Assembly (NCBI GenBank): GCA_038496445.1
Contig: JALMLS010000447.1
Span: forward strand, 124,001-188,000
Length of the DNA: 64,000 bases
Direction of reading: 5' to 3'
DNA from: Trichosphaerium sp. ATCC 40318
Lineage: Eukaryota; Protista; Tubulinea
Of this stretch, positions 11,150-23,590 are shown piece after piece. The number at the start of each line of letters is the position of its first letter. Position 1 is the stretch's first letter. The position numbers and the translations under genes are program-made. The notes under the pieces were generated by a model. It saw only the letters and a list, made by a program, of their open reading frames with translations. It searched no databases and had not been told where the DNA came from.

Positions 11150-14100
11150 TAATTGCGCTAAATATATATAATGTCATTTGATGTAGCTATGGCTGCAAGC
11201 TGCAGCTGTAAATAACATAGTTTAGTTTTGGCTAGCGTGAAAAAATTGACACTCTAGTACAAACCAAAATACGTTCATGTCATCTTCATCAATTACGCAG
11301 TAAAAAAAACAACAAGCTTCGCTAGTTGTAGAGACATGAAAACATAATTCTAGCGAGGTGTTGTTTTGTCATTTTATAGTTTTACCCAAAAAGCAATCTA
11401 ATAACAACCAGTATATTTACACTCTTTGGAAGAAGATGTAAAAACCCTTGTACTAGCGAGGTTTGTGTACTTTGCTCAAAAATCCAAAAAAATAACTTAG
11501 GTTTTAGATACACTGCATATTTATTGAGTGCTACGCGCGTAGGAGGAAATATGTTGGTTTGCGGATATTCGGCTAAACTTCGGGTAAATGTCCACTGTGA
11601 ACTTACCAGGGTTCGGCCCGAGTACCATAATTTAATTACCAATACCCTGAGTACAACGTACAAGGATTTGTTCTCAATGATACGTCTGCTAGTTTCATGT
11701 AAGGCTTCTTCTTCGTTCGTTCAATCTTTGGTAACTATTTATCTAGTGCTTATAGCTACAACTGTACTATGTTGGCAAAAAGAGCACTGGGCGAATACTG
11801 AAAAACTACATGTTATTGACAAGAGTACGTTCTTTTCTTGAGGAAACAAATTAGGTGGAGTACGGCTTTGGGGTTTTTTTTTTTTGAACAAAAAGTTAAC
11901 TGTTTGTTGGCTTTTAGTATCGTTTCGTTCATTAGATGGCTCAAACCAAGCTTTACCAAGTGAAGCAGAAATGGTATTTCAATTCGAGAATGGTAAAAAA
12001 TGGACTTTCACGTGTATCAAACATTCGGTATTTGCCAAAGGAGCTGAGGCACGTGATATTTTTTTTTGTGTTTAAACTCACCATTTTTTTTACTTACATT
12101 ATGTGTTTTAGATAACTCATCATGAAGATGGAGTCAAAACAACTGTACCTATACGTGAAGACATGTATAAGGCCGTCAATGATAAGCATCATGATTTACG
12201 GTTTGTATTTCGAGAAGATGGAACATTTATGGGATCTCTTGATATCAATGGCACTCGTGTTAGTTTTGACTCATTGTCAAGGTAAACAATATCTCAATGC
12301 ATGTCACACGCACCGTAATTGTTAATTTTTCACTAAGACACAAACAATTCTTGCCAAAGCGAAGTATGGGCTATGGTGAAGATGCTCACGTATTCATCTG
12401 GTACACATCCTACCCTTACAAAGAGATTGTATTCTAACATGATATAGGGACCCTGAAGTACCTGCTGTAGGCGACATTCATAGAGAGTTTGAGTTTTCAT
12501 CAAGCAAACGGTACATTCTTTGAGACCAAAGAAAAGGTTGTTTTGCTTACAGCAAATTTTTTAGGCAAGCGGTCCAGGTTCCAAAAGGAAGTACACTTCC
12601 CTATTCTCCACCACCTAATCCTTGTCCGCGAAGCAAATACGAGTTACAGACAGGTGTGTGGGCTTCTGTATCATTCCATGATAGTGCAGGAGGATATATC
12701 AATGCTCGGAATATGATTAAAGTTGGTATGTGAAGGGGGTTTTTTTTTATGTCAAGTGGCTGGCGTTATGTGGATAACAATTTTATTGTAGCTGTGTTGG
12801 AATCTTCAGTTGTATACGAATCTGATCTTGTATGTATTTTCTTGTTTCTTTTGGTTTGTGACTTATTGTTCGAACTTAGAACCTTCGCCTTACTATTCGA
12901 GTTCTCGATGTTAGAAGGTCTCCAGGTAAGATACCTTTACTATGTGTTTACATTATACTTTGTTGTTCACATTGTTGGGTAGGTCTTCATGCTTGGAACA
13001 CGAAAGGTGGTAGTCAGTGTCCACGTGTAACTGCGAGCTACAGACTGCTTAAAACTATGGATAATTGGAGAGAACTTTTGAATGTACCGTCTACTGTAGC
13101 AGCTGGAATAATGGTTCACGACTGTCCTGATCTTGGTGCTGTAGGTGCTGCTCCAACTGGGAACTTGTGTGTAAGTACTGCCGTAGATAGACGTTGATCT
13201 AACAAGAAAAATAGCAAAGAAGCTCAAAGTGTCATGCTAGATTTAATGCACCGTACAAGTTTCGTAGAATCATATCACATGAGGTTGGCCACATGGTTGA
13301 TATGCCTCATGATCCTAGTGGCGTTGGTTTAATGAATTCGGGCCTACAAAATAATCCGTGAGTTACAAACAAAAGAGAAAACTCATCACGTGATGTTGTT
13401 TGTGGGAGATAAATTCTGATTTTTTTGGGTTTTTTTCATGTTTTTTTCTCACAGTTTTCTTTTAGATCTTGGTTGTACGATAGATTCTCTAGAAACAGCC
13501 AAAGGATTGCATGCCAGTACATCGATTCAAGAATCAAACTTGGTTGCTTACCAAGATACATTGGATCATTGTCACTTGAGAGTAATAATATGTATATACT
13601 CAGAAAGAGCAATAGCCGCAATTTTGCTTTGGACAATGGTAGAGCACAAAATGGTCAAAATGTACGTGCCTCTATAGTTTTGTTGTCATGAGGACCCTTG
13701 CTTTAGTGCATATTACTTCCTTGCTCATGATTAGTTTCTTGTCCATCTTTGCTGACGTGTTTGTTGCGAAGGTTTTCCTTTGGCCTTATGATGCTAATAA
13801 CAATAATCAACAATGGATTGAGATTCCATTGGGTAATAACCTATACCAGTACAGAAAGAAAAACGCACAGCATTGTCTTGACGGAGGTGGCAATAACATA
13901 CAATTATGGAGTTGTAACACACATCCTAACCAAAAATGGAGAAAAGTTGCTGGTCAAAATGGAGCATTCAGACTGCTGCTTGGTTCTTATGGGTCCGTTG
14001 ATGGTGGCGCAGGAGGAAGAAACTATCAAAACGTATGTCTTCTTTCCAAGCTAATAACATGCTTAATGATGAATAGGTTGGATTAGGATCTACAAGTAGT

Positions 14101-15119
14101 ACGAACAGGAATCAGCAATGGATTTTTGAACATGTAGATGCAAGACCTGATACATTGAGGAGAGCTGCATCATCGTCAAGTGCTCAACAATTCGCTGTCG
14201 GTATCATGTTGTTAACTTCACTTGTATTTTGTTTCATTTAAGTAGTAGTAGCTGGCTGTAATTGCTCGATACTAAATAAATATAATTTTATCACGTGTTT
14301 TTGCAGTTATTGGAATACACTATTTATGTTTCTCTAAAAGAGTTAAATATTTGGTTATGTACACGTACTTTCGGGTGGTTACCTGGATGATACTTTGGCT
14401 ACATATAACATGTCATATCGTCTTCCGCAGCGCATTTCATTCGTAATGTTTTGACGTAGTTTAAGGTGGTTGTGAGCGCAGTAAGCCGGTCTGCGTCCAT
14501 CATTCAAAGAAATTGGGTTTGTAGATTGGATACACGTGTATTTAAGATGGAAAAGAGAATATCAAGGTTACAACAGGTACAACGTCGATGTTTGATCAAA
14601 GATAACAGCTGTAAAGGAGAAAAACAGACTAAAACAAAAGCTATGGCAACTTCAATGCCGTGAAATCTTGATGGAGTCGTTTGAAAGGTGATGAACGGGT
14701 ATTAAACTAAAACTTGTTTAAACTTCAAATAGGATAGTATCATACGCTGTTCATACACGAGACCCGTTTATTCATGGTCCTCAATTGGTTTTACCATCTC
14801 ACCAAAGCCGTTACTCCAAAACGAGGCCCAATACATCCAAATGCTATTTCACAGGTACCAATTACGCGTTGAAGTCAGTTCTGTGACTCTAAAACGTTGC
14901 TTCGTAGATTGTCCAACTGAAATAATTTTCGAGTTTTTGGACAACCTTGAAGGATATGACTTGATCTCGCTTTCTTCTGTTTGTCGTATGCTTCATCACA
15001 TTATTAGCAATGAATCTAAATACATACACAAATGTATTGAGTCCATCGTAAGAGTTGAAAACACGTGATAACCGAAACTCTTACCACGTGATAATAGACA
15101 AAATTACAAACAAGTGAAA
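11150..15119. repeat. Right arm of the large inverted duplication
   Basis: Mirror of 1-4093. Paired ORFs in the track include 2334-2561/12489-12716 and 3196-3465/11524-11841. Confidence 0.97.
11677..14241 (+). CDS. Pre-pro reprolysin/ADAM-like (M12B) zinc metalloprotease + ricin-B lectin + GPI-anchor signal; ~13 exons, ~590 aa
   Basis: Splicing gives an open frame (approx. exons 11677-11824, 11918-12048, 12112-12281, 12338-12400, 12448-12510, 12565-12725, 12792-12829, 12880-12925, 12982-13170, 13215-13357, 13466-13661, 13772-14032, 14077-14241). It shows a hydrophobic N-terminus, a prodomain ending SSSKR, and reprolysin-like segments (VYESDLNLRLTI, AWN..C, DNWR, HDC...VGAAPTGNLC). The zinc motif is HEVGHMVDMPHD (13278-13313), followed by Met-turn GLMN and FSRNS. 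Three ricin repeats end NQQW/NQKW/NQQW, and the tail is SSSSAQQFAVGIMLLTSLVFCFI*. Confidence 0.88.
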
Positions 15120-16055
15120 GATTGAAACCTTTTTTTAAAGACAACTGCAACTATTGGCGTACATCCCTTTCCTCTTTACTTCTTTACTTCCACTTCTCTT
15201 GCTCTCATTCTAAATAATATTAGAACATCCCTTCTCATCATCAACATGGCAATTATCAAAGAAAGCGAGATGTCTCACAAGGTTGTTTAAGTCTGGTTCG
15301 AAAATAAACAAAACAATCGATCAACACCTTCATATTACACAAAGGGTTCGTGTAATTCGTGCTGGTATCATTGGTTATAATTACACAGCATTTGAGCCAC
15401 CTGACAGTATGTTGTTTAACATGTCGTGAGAGTACTTTGAATGACAAAAGATTTAGGGAATTACAAATTGGAACAAGAAGAAGAACCACAAGGATGTTTT
15501 GAGTGCTTCAAACCAGTTCTTAGTTACACATTACAGTACTGTTCTTTTTACAATACTCTCCTTTTTTCTTACTACCCATTTAACAACTATTGCAGCATTA
15601 CAGCTATTTCAAAGTTTACACCCAAGCCCACAGCAAATCGATTCAGAGACTTCTTTGATTGGGATGTATATGTTTTCTTCTTGTCATTGATGGATTACTT
15701 GCCAACACCGGATGGTGTATTTCCCATTCATGAAAGACTACAATATATCTCAGACGCCATAGCAATAAAAACCAAGCAAACCATTGTTGTCTTTGAGGAT
15801 ATCAGGGAATTCATTGAAAGCATCGAAACAGTTCCATTAAGCACTTGCTTTCCTGAATTTGAAGGTACATTTGGTTGTTTATGGTTCAAGACTAACTCTC
15901 TTCAAGGTGGAGACTTTAGGGAATCTATTAAGTACATTGAAAGAAAGATAAAGAAAAGTCATGCCAATACATCAGTCATATTGGAAAATGTATTTCAATG
16001 GATGCAAATTGTTATGATAGTAAACCACGCATTCCGTATGGGATTTTGTGTTTAA
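14670..16055 (+). CDS. Multi-exon F-box protein (right copy; 1-nt deletion near 14880 relative to the left copy, possibly disrupted)
   Basis: F-box motif at ~14900-15005. GT-AG introns (approx. 15048-15097, 15159-15223, 15407-15456) join it in frame to ORF 15441-16055. Start uncertain. Confidence 0.6.
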
Positions 16056-16644
16056 ATAATTTTAAGTACCTGAAGTGGTGCTTACAAAGCCATAGCAATG
16101 TTGTGTTTCTTGCCTGTAATAAACACACTACTGTTAAAACTAACGCCCTTCCGTTATGAATGAATAATTTGAATATTCAATTAAAGCCTACATTCACAAA
16201 TATTCACGACTAAAAAAAATTCATTCATTATTCATGCACACAGTAAACAGTCGAAAATTGTGCAATTTGATGCCTGATTTTGACTGGATTTGTGGGTTTT
16301 GGTGTTCTGTTGACTATTCCAATTCGGTTTTCAAAGAACATACTTGTTGAATCTATCCATTTGGAACATAGCTAGGTGCTACAAACCAAAAGCTCAACAT
16401 TAGTGGTAGTGGTAGTGCTACTCAGTGCAGAGAAAGTGCTTACTACAGAAATCACTCTTGAGTAATTGTTAGAGTTTTTGTAAACCTTTTTATTCCCTTT
16501 AGCTCTTTAATGTCCTCTTTTGTTTGGTGTGTATATGTACTACATTAAGCGTTAGAAAGAACATACACATCCCTTTTCTGTGCCAATATTTCAAGCCAGC
16601 ATGTGCGTGAACCTGCTTTTTGTTATGGAACAGGCTCAACTTTA

Positions 16645-16995
16645 TCTGTCTTCACTCCTAAAAACACAGGCAGTAACAAGCTGTCCTATCACATCAAACT
16701 GTCTGGAATAGTTGTTTCAAAGAGGTAATGTGCAAGCTGGGCATTTGAAAGTTTGAGCATTTAAATCCATGAACTAGGTATTCCCAAGCCAAAATGACAA
16801 GTTTTTTAATTTAAACTTTATGATAAAGATTTCTTAGTACGTTCTTGAGGTAACTAGTATAATTGTGATTGCTATTATTGGTATACAGAACCTTTATTTC
16901 GCAGTCTGTTTCTTAAACAGACACACAGACATACAGATACTTAAAACCCGGCAACATTTATTGCTCTAGAACTGGTTTAAGAATATGCAGCTGGC
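16645..16995. repeat. ~350 bp non-coding block, inverted copy of 23252-23590
   Basis: Long near-identical stretches in reverse complement, e.g. gcatttgaaagtttgagcatttaaatccatgaactagg and ttcttagtacgttcttgaggtaactagtataattgtgattgc. Confidence 0.92.
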
Positions 16996-17216
16996 CTTCG
17001 TTGATAGAAGATATGGCATTTAAGTGTTAACTTGTTCACAATTTACCTCACATTATGGACTAGCATAAATGCATTGGACGGAGTTAAACCAAGAGGTAGT
17101 AGTCTATATTCACTAAAATACATTGAGGCCAAGTGTTGTCCTCATAGATTGATTTGATGGATTCTCGTCACCACAATCTTAGAAATTAAATTTTTATTGG
17201 TTTTTGTAATTGTACT

Positions 17217-18210
17217 CACTTGTCTTGTTTTACACCATTGATGTAATTAAAGTGCTCCACCAATTAGTTATTGTAACGCCATTGCTTGTATTCTCCATCT
17301 AGTTTACCATTGATGTAATTAAAGTGCTTCATCTATTGGCCATTGTCATTCCATTCCTGGTATTTTCCATCTAGTTTACCATTAATGTAATTAAAGTGCA
17401 TCATCAGTTGGCCATTGTCATTCCATTCCTGGTATTTTCCATCTAGTTTTCCATTGATGTAATTACAATGCTCCATCAATTGGCCGTTGTTATACCATTC
17501 CTGGTATTTTCCATTTAGTTTACCATTGATGTAATTGCATTTCTCCTTCAATTGCCCATTGAAATGCCATTCTTTGTATTCTCCTTCCCATACACCTTTA
17601 ATATTAATAACGTGTACACATAATTGGCCATTGCGATGCCATCGCTTGTATTCTCCATCTAGTTTACCATTGATATAATTATAGTGCTCCATCAGTTGTT
17701 TATCGTCGATGTAATTACCATGCTCCATCAATTTGTTGTTGTGACGCCATTGCTTATATTCTCCATCTAGTTTACCATTGATGTAATTACAATGCTCCAT
17801 CAGTTGGCCATTGGAATACCATGCCTTGGATTCTCCATCTAGTATATCATTGATGTAATTACAATGCTCATTCAATCGGCCGGTGTAAAACCATCGCTTG
17901 CTTTCTCCTTCTAGTTTGCCATTACTATAATTACAATACTCAAGCAAGTTTCCATTTTCATGCCATGCCTTGCATTCTCCATGTCGTACACCATGTTTCC
18001 AGTATTGCTGCTTTACAAGCTTGTTATCAATTCTTTTGTGCCATTTTCCATGCTTGTTCATACCAGCATCGAACCTTGTGGTCATTGCTGTGTGTTTTGA
18101 TAAAACTGGCCAAATTAAATACGCAAATGGGTCTAAATCGATAATATCCAGTTGAATCTCAAACGGAAGGTTTAATAGATGGCAACCAACTGATTGTGTA
18201 TTAAATCTCT
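17217..18210 (-). pseudogene. F-box-like + MORN-variant (YwqK-like) repeat protein; 3' repeats interrupted by two in-frame stops
   Basis: About ten 24-aa/72-bp repeats of the form NGQLMEHCNYINGKLDGEYKxW. LLNLPFEIQLDII lies in frame upstream of the ORF Met. The repeats continue past TAG (17333) and TAA (~17268) to TGA (~17217). It may still encode a truncated protein. Confidence 0.8.
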
Positions 18211-18989
18211 ATTAAACGGTTGTTAGGTTAACTCCTTCATTAATCCAAATTTTAATACCTCGCACGTGTCATTTATGACAGTATTGGTACTACTAGCGAG
18301 CATTCTAAATCAAATAATCAAGTTGCTTGTTTGGCTTATTGGGTATTTTGGTCGACACGTGTTGTTGTGGTCAATTTATTTATACACAGATATTTTCTAA
18401 CAGCGCCCTGTGTCGCATTCCTACCTATTGGTAGTTGAGATATCTGTGGTTTGTCGACGTGTCAAACATTGTCAAAACAGGTCAGGTAAACTGTTCCAAC
18501 TTTTTGAAACTTTTCTAAAAGGGAAACCCACAACTTTATGTACGTTACATTATAATAAGATGCCTCCTTAATACTTGACGGCTAGACATAATTGCAATCC
18601 AAATAATGAATGCCTTCGGGTAGTTCTTTACGAGCCATTCAAGAAAGAGATTTGAAAATGCAATTTAATGCTACAATCAAAATTGCATTGAAAAAAAAAA
18701 AGGATTTAACCACATAAACCCATCGACGAATGAACATGGTGGTGTCTGATACTTCTCTTTCATCTAATGAGCGCCCCATTGTGCCTGTGGAAGTCAATGG
18801 ATGTTAAACAAATAATAAAAAAAGATATTTGGAAATTCGTTTCGAATAAAAAAAATTTCAAAAAGTGTAAGCCATACGTACGCCATAAAAAACTCTGCGT
18901 GTTATTCATTTGACTGATAGAAAGCAACAGAAACTATGCAAAAAGAGTGATGAGGACTTGAGCACGCTCTCAAAACTCTATAACGCTGC

Positions 18990-20860
18990 ATTACAGTCAG
19001 AAGCTACCGGTAGTATGGGACATCTGGATTATTTTTATTTATGTTTTTACAAGTTCTCAGAGTGGCCCAATCAAGATTGTGTTTGGGTATCAAGTGTTCC
19101 AGAAGTTAAATTAGTATTTGCCGTTCGTTCTAAAGGAAATCAATTACACAAAAGAACATAGTTCCACCGTAAAGAATGAGGGAAAACATAAACTTCTTTT
19201 TTTTTGACAAGAACAATAAAGAGCTTGGTTGTCGTACGGTTTGTGGATATTTCTGATCCTGTCCCTTTGTATGAACGAACAGGACATATGCCTAGAGTAT
19301 TCAAAGGGAATATAAAGCAGATAGTTCCTCCGATTATGGTAATGTACAAGAGATTGATTAAACAGTATACAACAATCAGAACAATCCTTGGAGTTGATAT
19401 TGTTGAATCAATCTCTGTATAAGAAAGTATGACTGGATTGCTTAATGAACTTAAATTCCTAGCTTTTATAGCCTATGGTGTATATCAGAAAAGTGTCATT
19501 CTTAAACGAGCACGTGTATATGAGATATTTAACAGTGAAAAGAAAAAACAAAGAAAAAACAAAGAAAAAAAAACGGAAGAAGTTAAAAGACATTCGTTGA
19601 ATTGGTGCTTGAAAATCACATTGAAATGTCACAGGGTTATGAGCGTAATGATTGTATATAAACATTATTCCTATAAATCGCGTATTTTAAGCAGCTTTGT
19701 TGTGTTTCTCGTACCTCAAGGTTTTCTTGCCATAATTTTTCTCTACTGTACATTCTCGCGCTATCTCTCTTTGTAGGCGCCCACCATTCCTCTATACATT
19801 GGTTTCTGTTTTTCCAGCAACTGACGCCTTTATGTTTAGAGCAACTGACATAAAACATTACTCGTTCCTACAAAATACATTAAAACAAACAAGATACCAA
19901 CAACACGACAGGACTCAAGAAAAATATCTTTCAGAAGAAAATAAATAAAAAACAATCATAAGAACGTACAGTACTGTTTTGTAAACTAGTTCCAGGGCTG
20001 AAAGATATAGGAGCAAGACACACTAAAGTCCAAAATTCATCTTCCCTTGCAGTAGCATTCGTCCACCTACACCACACTTAATGGGACGCTTAAAAAAAGA
20101 ACCTCATACAGCTCTGGTTGTAGAATAATTTCGTATTCTTTTTCGAAAATAAAGCCATATGGATGACTCCCATCTGAAAGCTTTTTGCCTCGGTTTACAT
20201 CTGAAATAAAGTCGTCATTTACTGTATCAACACCTATGTTTTATCCGATAAGCTTTTTGTCACGTTTTTACCCAAATCAAAGCACAAAATTGATCACGTG
20301 ATTAATTACCATCTAAAGAATAATACCAAAACGATCCGCACACAGCGCCTAATATGATGCCTGCTGCAAAACCCATGAAAATAGCTATAAGAGGGAATAC
20401 AGTATTCCTTAGTAGCGTATAAGTAGGTTTTACTCCAACTAGAGGTTATCTAAGTTAGAACGAAAAACAAATCGAAAAAAAAAAACCAAAACAAAAAAAC
20501 TTCCAACAAAGAGAAGAGATGACGGTTGGTGCGCACGTGGTAATGATGGTTTGACATTGACGGCCAATAAAGAGCTGTAAACAATGAAACCTATTGTTCC
20601 TACTATCCCGAGTACTATGATAGATACACTCTATAAAAAGCAGAGAAGCGTCAACATGAAGCGATCGCGAAGTACTTTTTTTTTTGGCGTTTGATTAAAA
20701 ACAACAAAAACAAACCAAACGGTAAATTACTGTCACTACTACTACGTACACTGACTGATCCTATTATCCACAATAATGTAGCCAATGCGTTCAATGGCAC
20801 AAGTAAAACTGTGGCCCATAATAGTAAGCGTGAACTCGGCTTTACTGGCATATCCAAAAA
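18990..20860 (-). CDS. Putative multi-exon, multi-pass membrane protein (model uncertain, possibly disrupted)
   Basis: Hydrophobic exon segments (LLLWATVLLVPLNALATLLWIIG; VFPLIAIFMGFAAGIILGAVCGSFWVLFF; IVLIVVYCLINLLYITIIGGTICFIFPL) separated by T-rich intron-like tracts. I could not close the frame near 20100-20230. Confidence 0.35.
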
Positions 20861-22999
20861 ACAAAACCCAATAATAACGCTATGTGCTTTCTTGGTCGTT
20901 GTGCCCTTTTTTTTCGCGGAGTGTTTTCAATCCTACCCCGGAGAAGGTGTTATTCTTTTATTGTAATCTTTAAAATAAGCGTATAAATTAATGTTATGGT
21001 GCACGTATTCAATGGCTTCTAGTTAAATGAGAAAGAAAGCAAACCAACTTTTTTGGCACTCAATTGAGTTTTCCCATATCACGTGATACTATCAACTCTG
21101 TTTATCATGTACAGTAGAGTGTTGAGTATTGTGCACTAACGCTACAATATATTAACTTACCACTATTTCACATTACGATGAACTCGGTGGCTAGAAGCCA
21201 ATAGCGCTAGTGGCTGCAAAAAAGTCAACTGAACTTTATTGTTTGTAGTTTACTTTCGCACTTAACTTGTTTAGTTGTTAGCTATCTGTAAACCTCTGTA
21301 CCGGCGACATTGTCTAGAGTAGTATGGCAGTTTTCAGAGTATTACAAGTGAGTTATTTTTATTGTTGTAATAAAAAACACGAATAGAGACGGACACGTGC
21401 TAGTACGCGTTTCAAGTGAAAATCCAAGCGATTTGTGTAGTTTTTGGGGTTATTTGTGCTGTTTTTTTTTTTTGAGAAATAAAAATTATTTTCTCGTGGT
21501 TTTTCACTTCTTTCACGTGACGTGTCACGTTTTTAGGTACGTTTCGTTTATGCCACGTTTTTATTTTACCCGTTTTTTAGTATTTACTGCGGGGAGGTTG
21601 TTTATAACCCTAGAAATGAGGGGCTCTAAACAACAAGCAAAAGATAAGCTAAGAGAAACATGCATGTTGCCTTTTATTTTTAACTTGTGCTTCGCCCATT
21701 TTTATCTCTTAATATATTTGTTCACTTTAAAGTAGAGTGAGGTATTATTTATATGTATAAGATCTGTTATTAAGTAGAAATATAGCTTTCCTAGTCGCTG
21801 GTATTGCACAATCATGGGTCAACTTTTAATTTCAATTTAAAATTTTATCCCTTAACTTATAGTTACAAATAAAACCTCTGATTGTCCCCGTTGTCTTTGT
21901 AGTTGTAACCCATCTATAAACTCATCGGAATGGATGTCCTTGCTTGTACATTTTGACATACAACTCATTTGTGATCTCAAATAAAACAGCTAAATAAAAA
22001 GTACCCGACAAATAAAATTATTTTTGTTGTTGTAGGATTCTTTACTTGCGTTTTTCTTTATGATGACTATGATGATATTTTAAACTGTTTATCACAGATT
22101 GTAGTTTTGTGGATAATGTTTGTATTCCCATCTTACAACATAAGTTTACAAACCCACACATCGTGAAAAGGTAAAATCAAGAAGTTTGATGAAAGTGTTT
22201 TTTCTAACTAGCGATGTTCGGAGGATTCCAATATATTTGAATTATTCGCTATTGCTCATTTAGAGGTGGTCGTCCGATCCCAGCTAAGCCGGCTACAAAA
22301 ATCTGTACATATCAGGAAACCGCTTAGCATGTCAATCCGTTGGTGTTTTGGTTGGCATCACGTGCTTTTTTGAAAACTTCTACATGTAGAAGCTTTATAT
22401 GCAACTTGCATTAACGGCACTATAGCAGCAGTTGGCTCCCAATGGCTTTGAAATTCATTTTTGCACCACACTATTGATGAGTTTATCACGTAATCTTTCC
22501 CCTAAGAGCCGAATTACTATAAAATGTAGGGGTAACTGAGGAGTCAATTTGTTAGTGGTGTGGTGCCGAAAGAAAAGATGAAACTTCCAGAGTTCCATTC
22601 GCTTTGCCAGCGTATGTTATGTTTAAGTTATCTTTTGATTCATTGGTTTTCTTCAATGGAACTGGCAATGATGCGTGTAGCATTATTCTAGGCACTCTTG
22701 TTTTAAACAAAGTAAGCAATCAACAACAAAGCAAAAAGGGTCCATAGAAGTCAATTAAGTTGCGACAGGACTCCTGATACTAAAACAAGGTGCATCTACC
22801 CTTGAAGGAGTGTACTAATACATTAAGGGCATGGTTTCTCGGAATTATGCCTGTCCCAGGCTTCTGTATTTTTTGCTTATCCGACTCAAGTCATTGTTTG
22901 TTTAAAAGCCATTAAGTCGAGTCACTAAACAAACACCACTACTGTCTGTGAGCCCTTTAATACTACCATGTGTTTTGATCCAGGAATCGCATTACTCTT

Positions 23000-23590
23000 A
23001 TTGACTTGACCTGTTTTGACAATGTTGTATTCTTTGCATATTCTTAAAATAAACAGTTACAATTTAGTGTTGCCGTTTGCAAGGGTTACCTGTGTATGCT
23101 CTGGAAAATGTTGATTTGTATACTTATTGCAAGAATGCTTTTCTGGTATCTAACTAATAAGCAAGCTACACAATTACCTTGACGGTAAACTAGAGAACGG
23201 TAAACTCACAATGTGTGTAATATAGATATGTCGCTTAAAGAGTTCAAGAGTGCCAGCTGCATATTCTTAAACCAGTTCTAGAGCAATAAATGTTGCAGGT
23301 ACCTGCTGTGTGTCTATGAAACAGACTGCGAAATAAAGGTTCTGTATACTAATAATAGCAATCACAATTATACTAGTTACCTCAAGAACGTACTAAGAAA
23401 TCTTTACCATAAAGTTTAAATTAAAAAACTTGTCATTTTGGCTTTGGAATACCTAGTTCATGGATTTAAATGCTCAAACTTTCAAATGCCCAGCTTGCAC
23501 ATTACCTCTTCGAAACAACTATTGCAGACAGTCTGATGTGACAGGACAGCTTGTTACTGGTTGTGTTTTTAGAGTGCAAACTGACGAAGT
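23000..23590. repeat. Inverted partner of 16645-16995, preceded by decayed remnants of the MORN gene and its upstream region
   Basis: 23252-23590 mirrors 16645-16995. 23169-23195 translates HNYLDGKLE, a MORN-variant remnant. 23007-23026 mirrors 18466-18484 (tgacctgttttgacaatgtt). Confidence 0.8.

Noticed and set aside
13688-13771. Apparent signal peptide MRTLALVHITSLL... making a stand-alone 132 aa lectin
   Set aside because: It lies inside a predicted intron (GTACGT...GCTGAC...AAG). The left copy has frame-breaking indels and a stop here, and splicing restores a complete ricin repeat.
16155-16235. ATGAATGAAT...ATTCATTCAT inverted low-complexity patch
   Set aside because: AT-rich and short; compatible with chance.
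17217-17335. Stop-codon reassignment suggested by in-frame TAG/TAA in the MORN repeats
   Set aside because: Other genes end cleanly in TAA or TGA and long exons lack internal TAR codons; point mutations are the simpler explanation.
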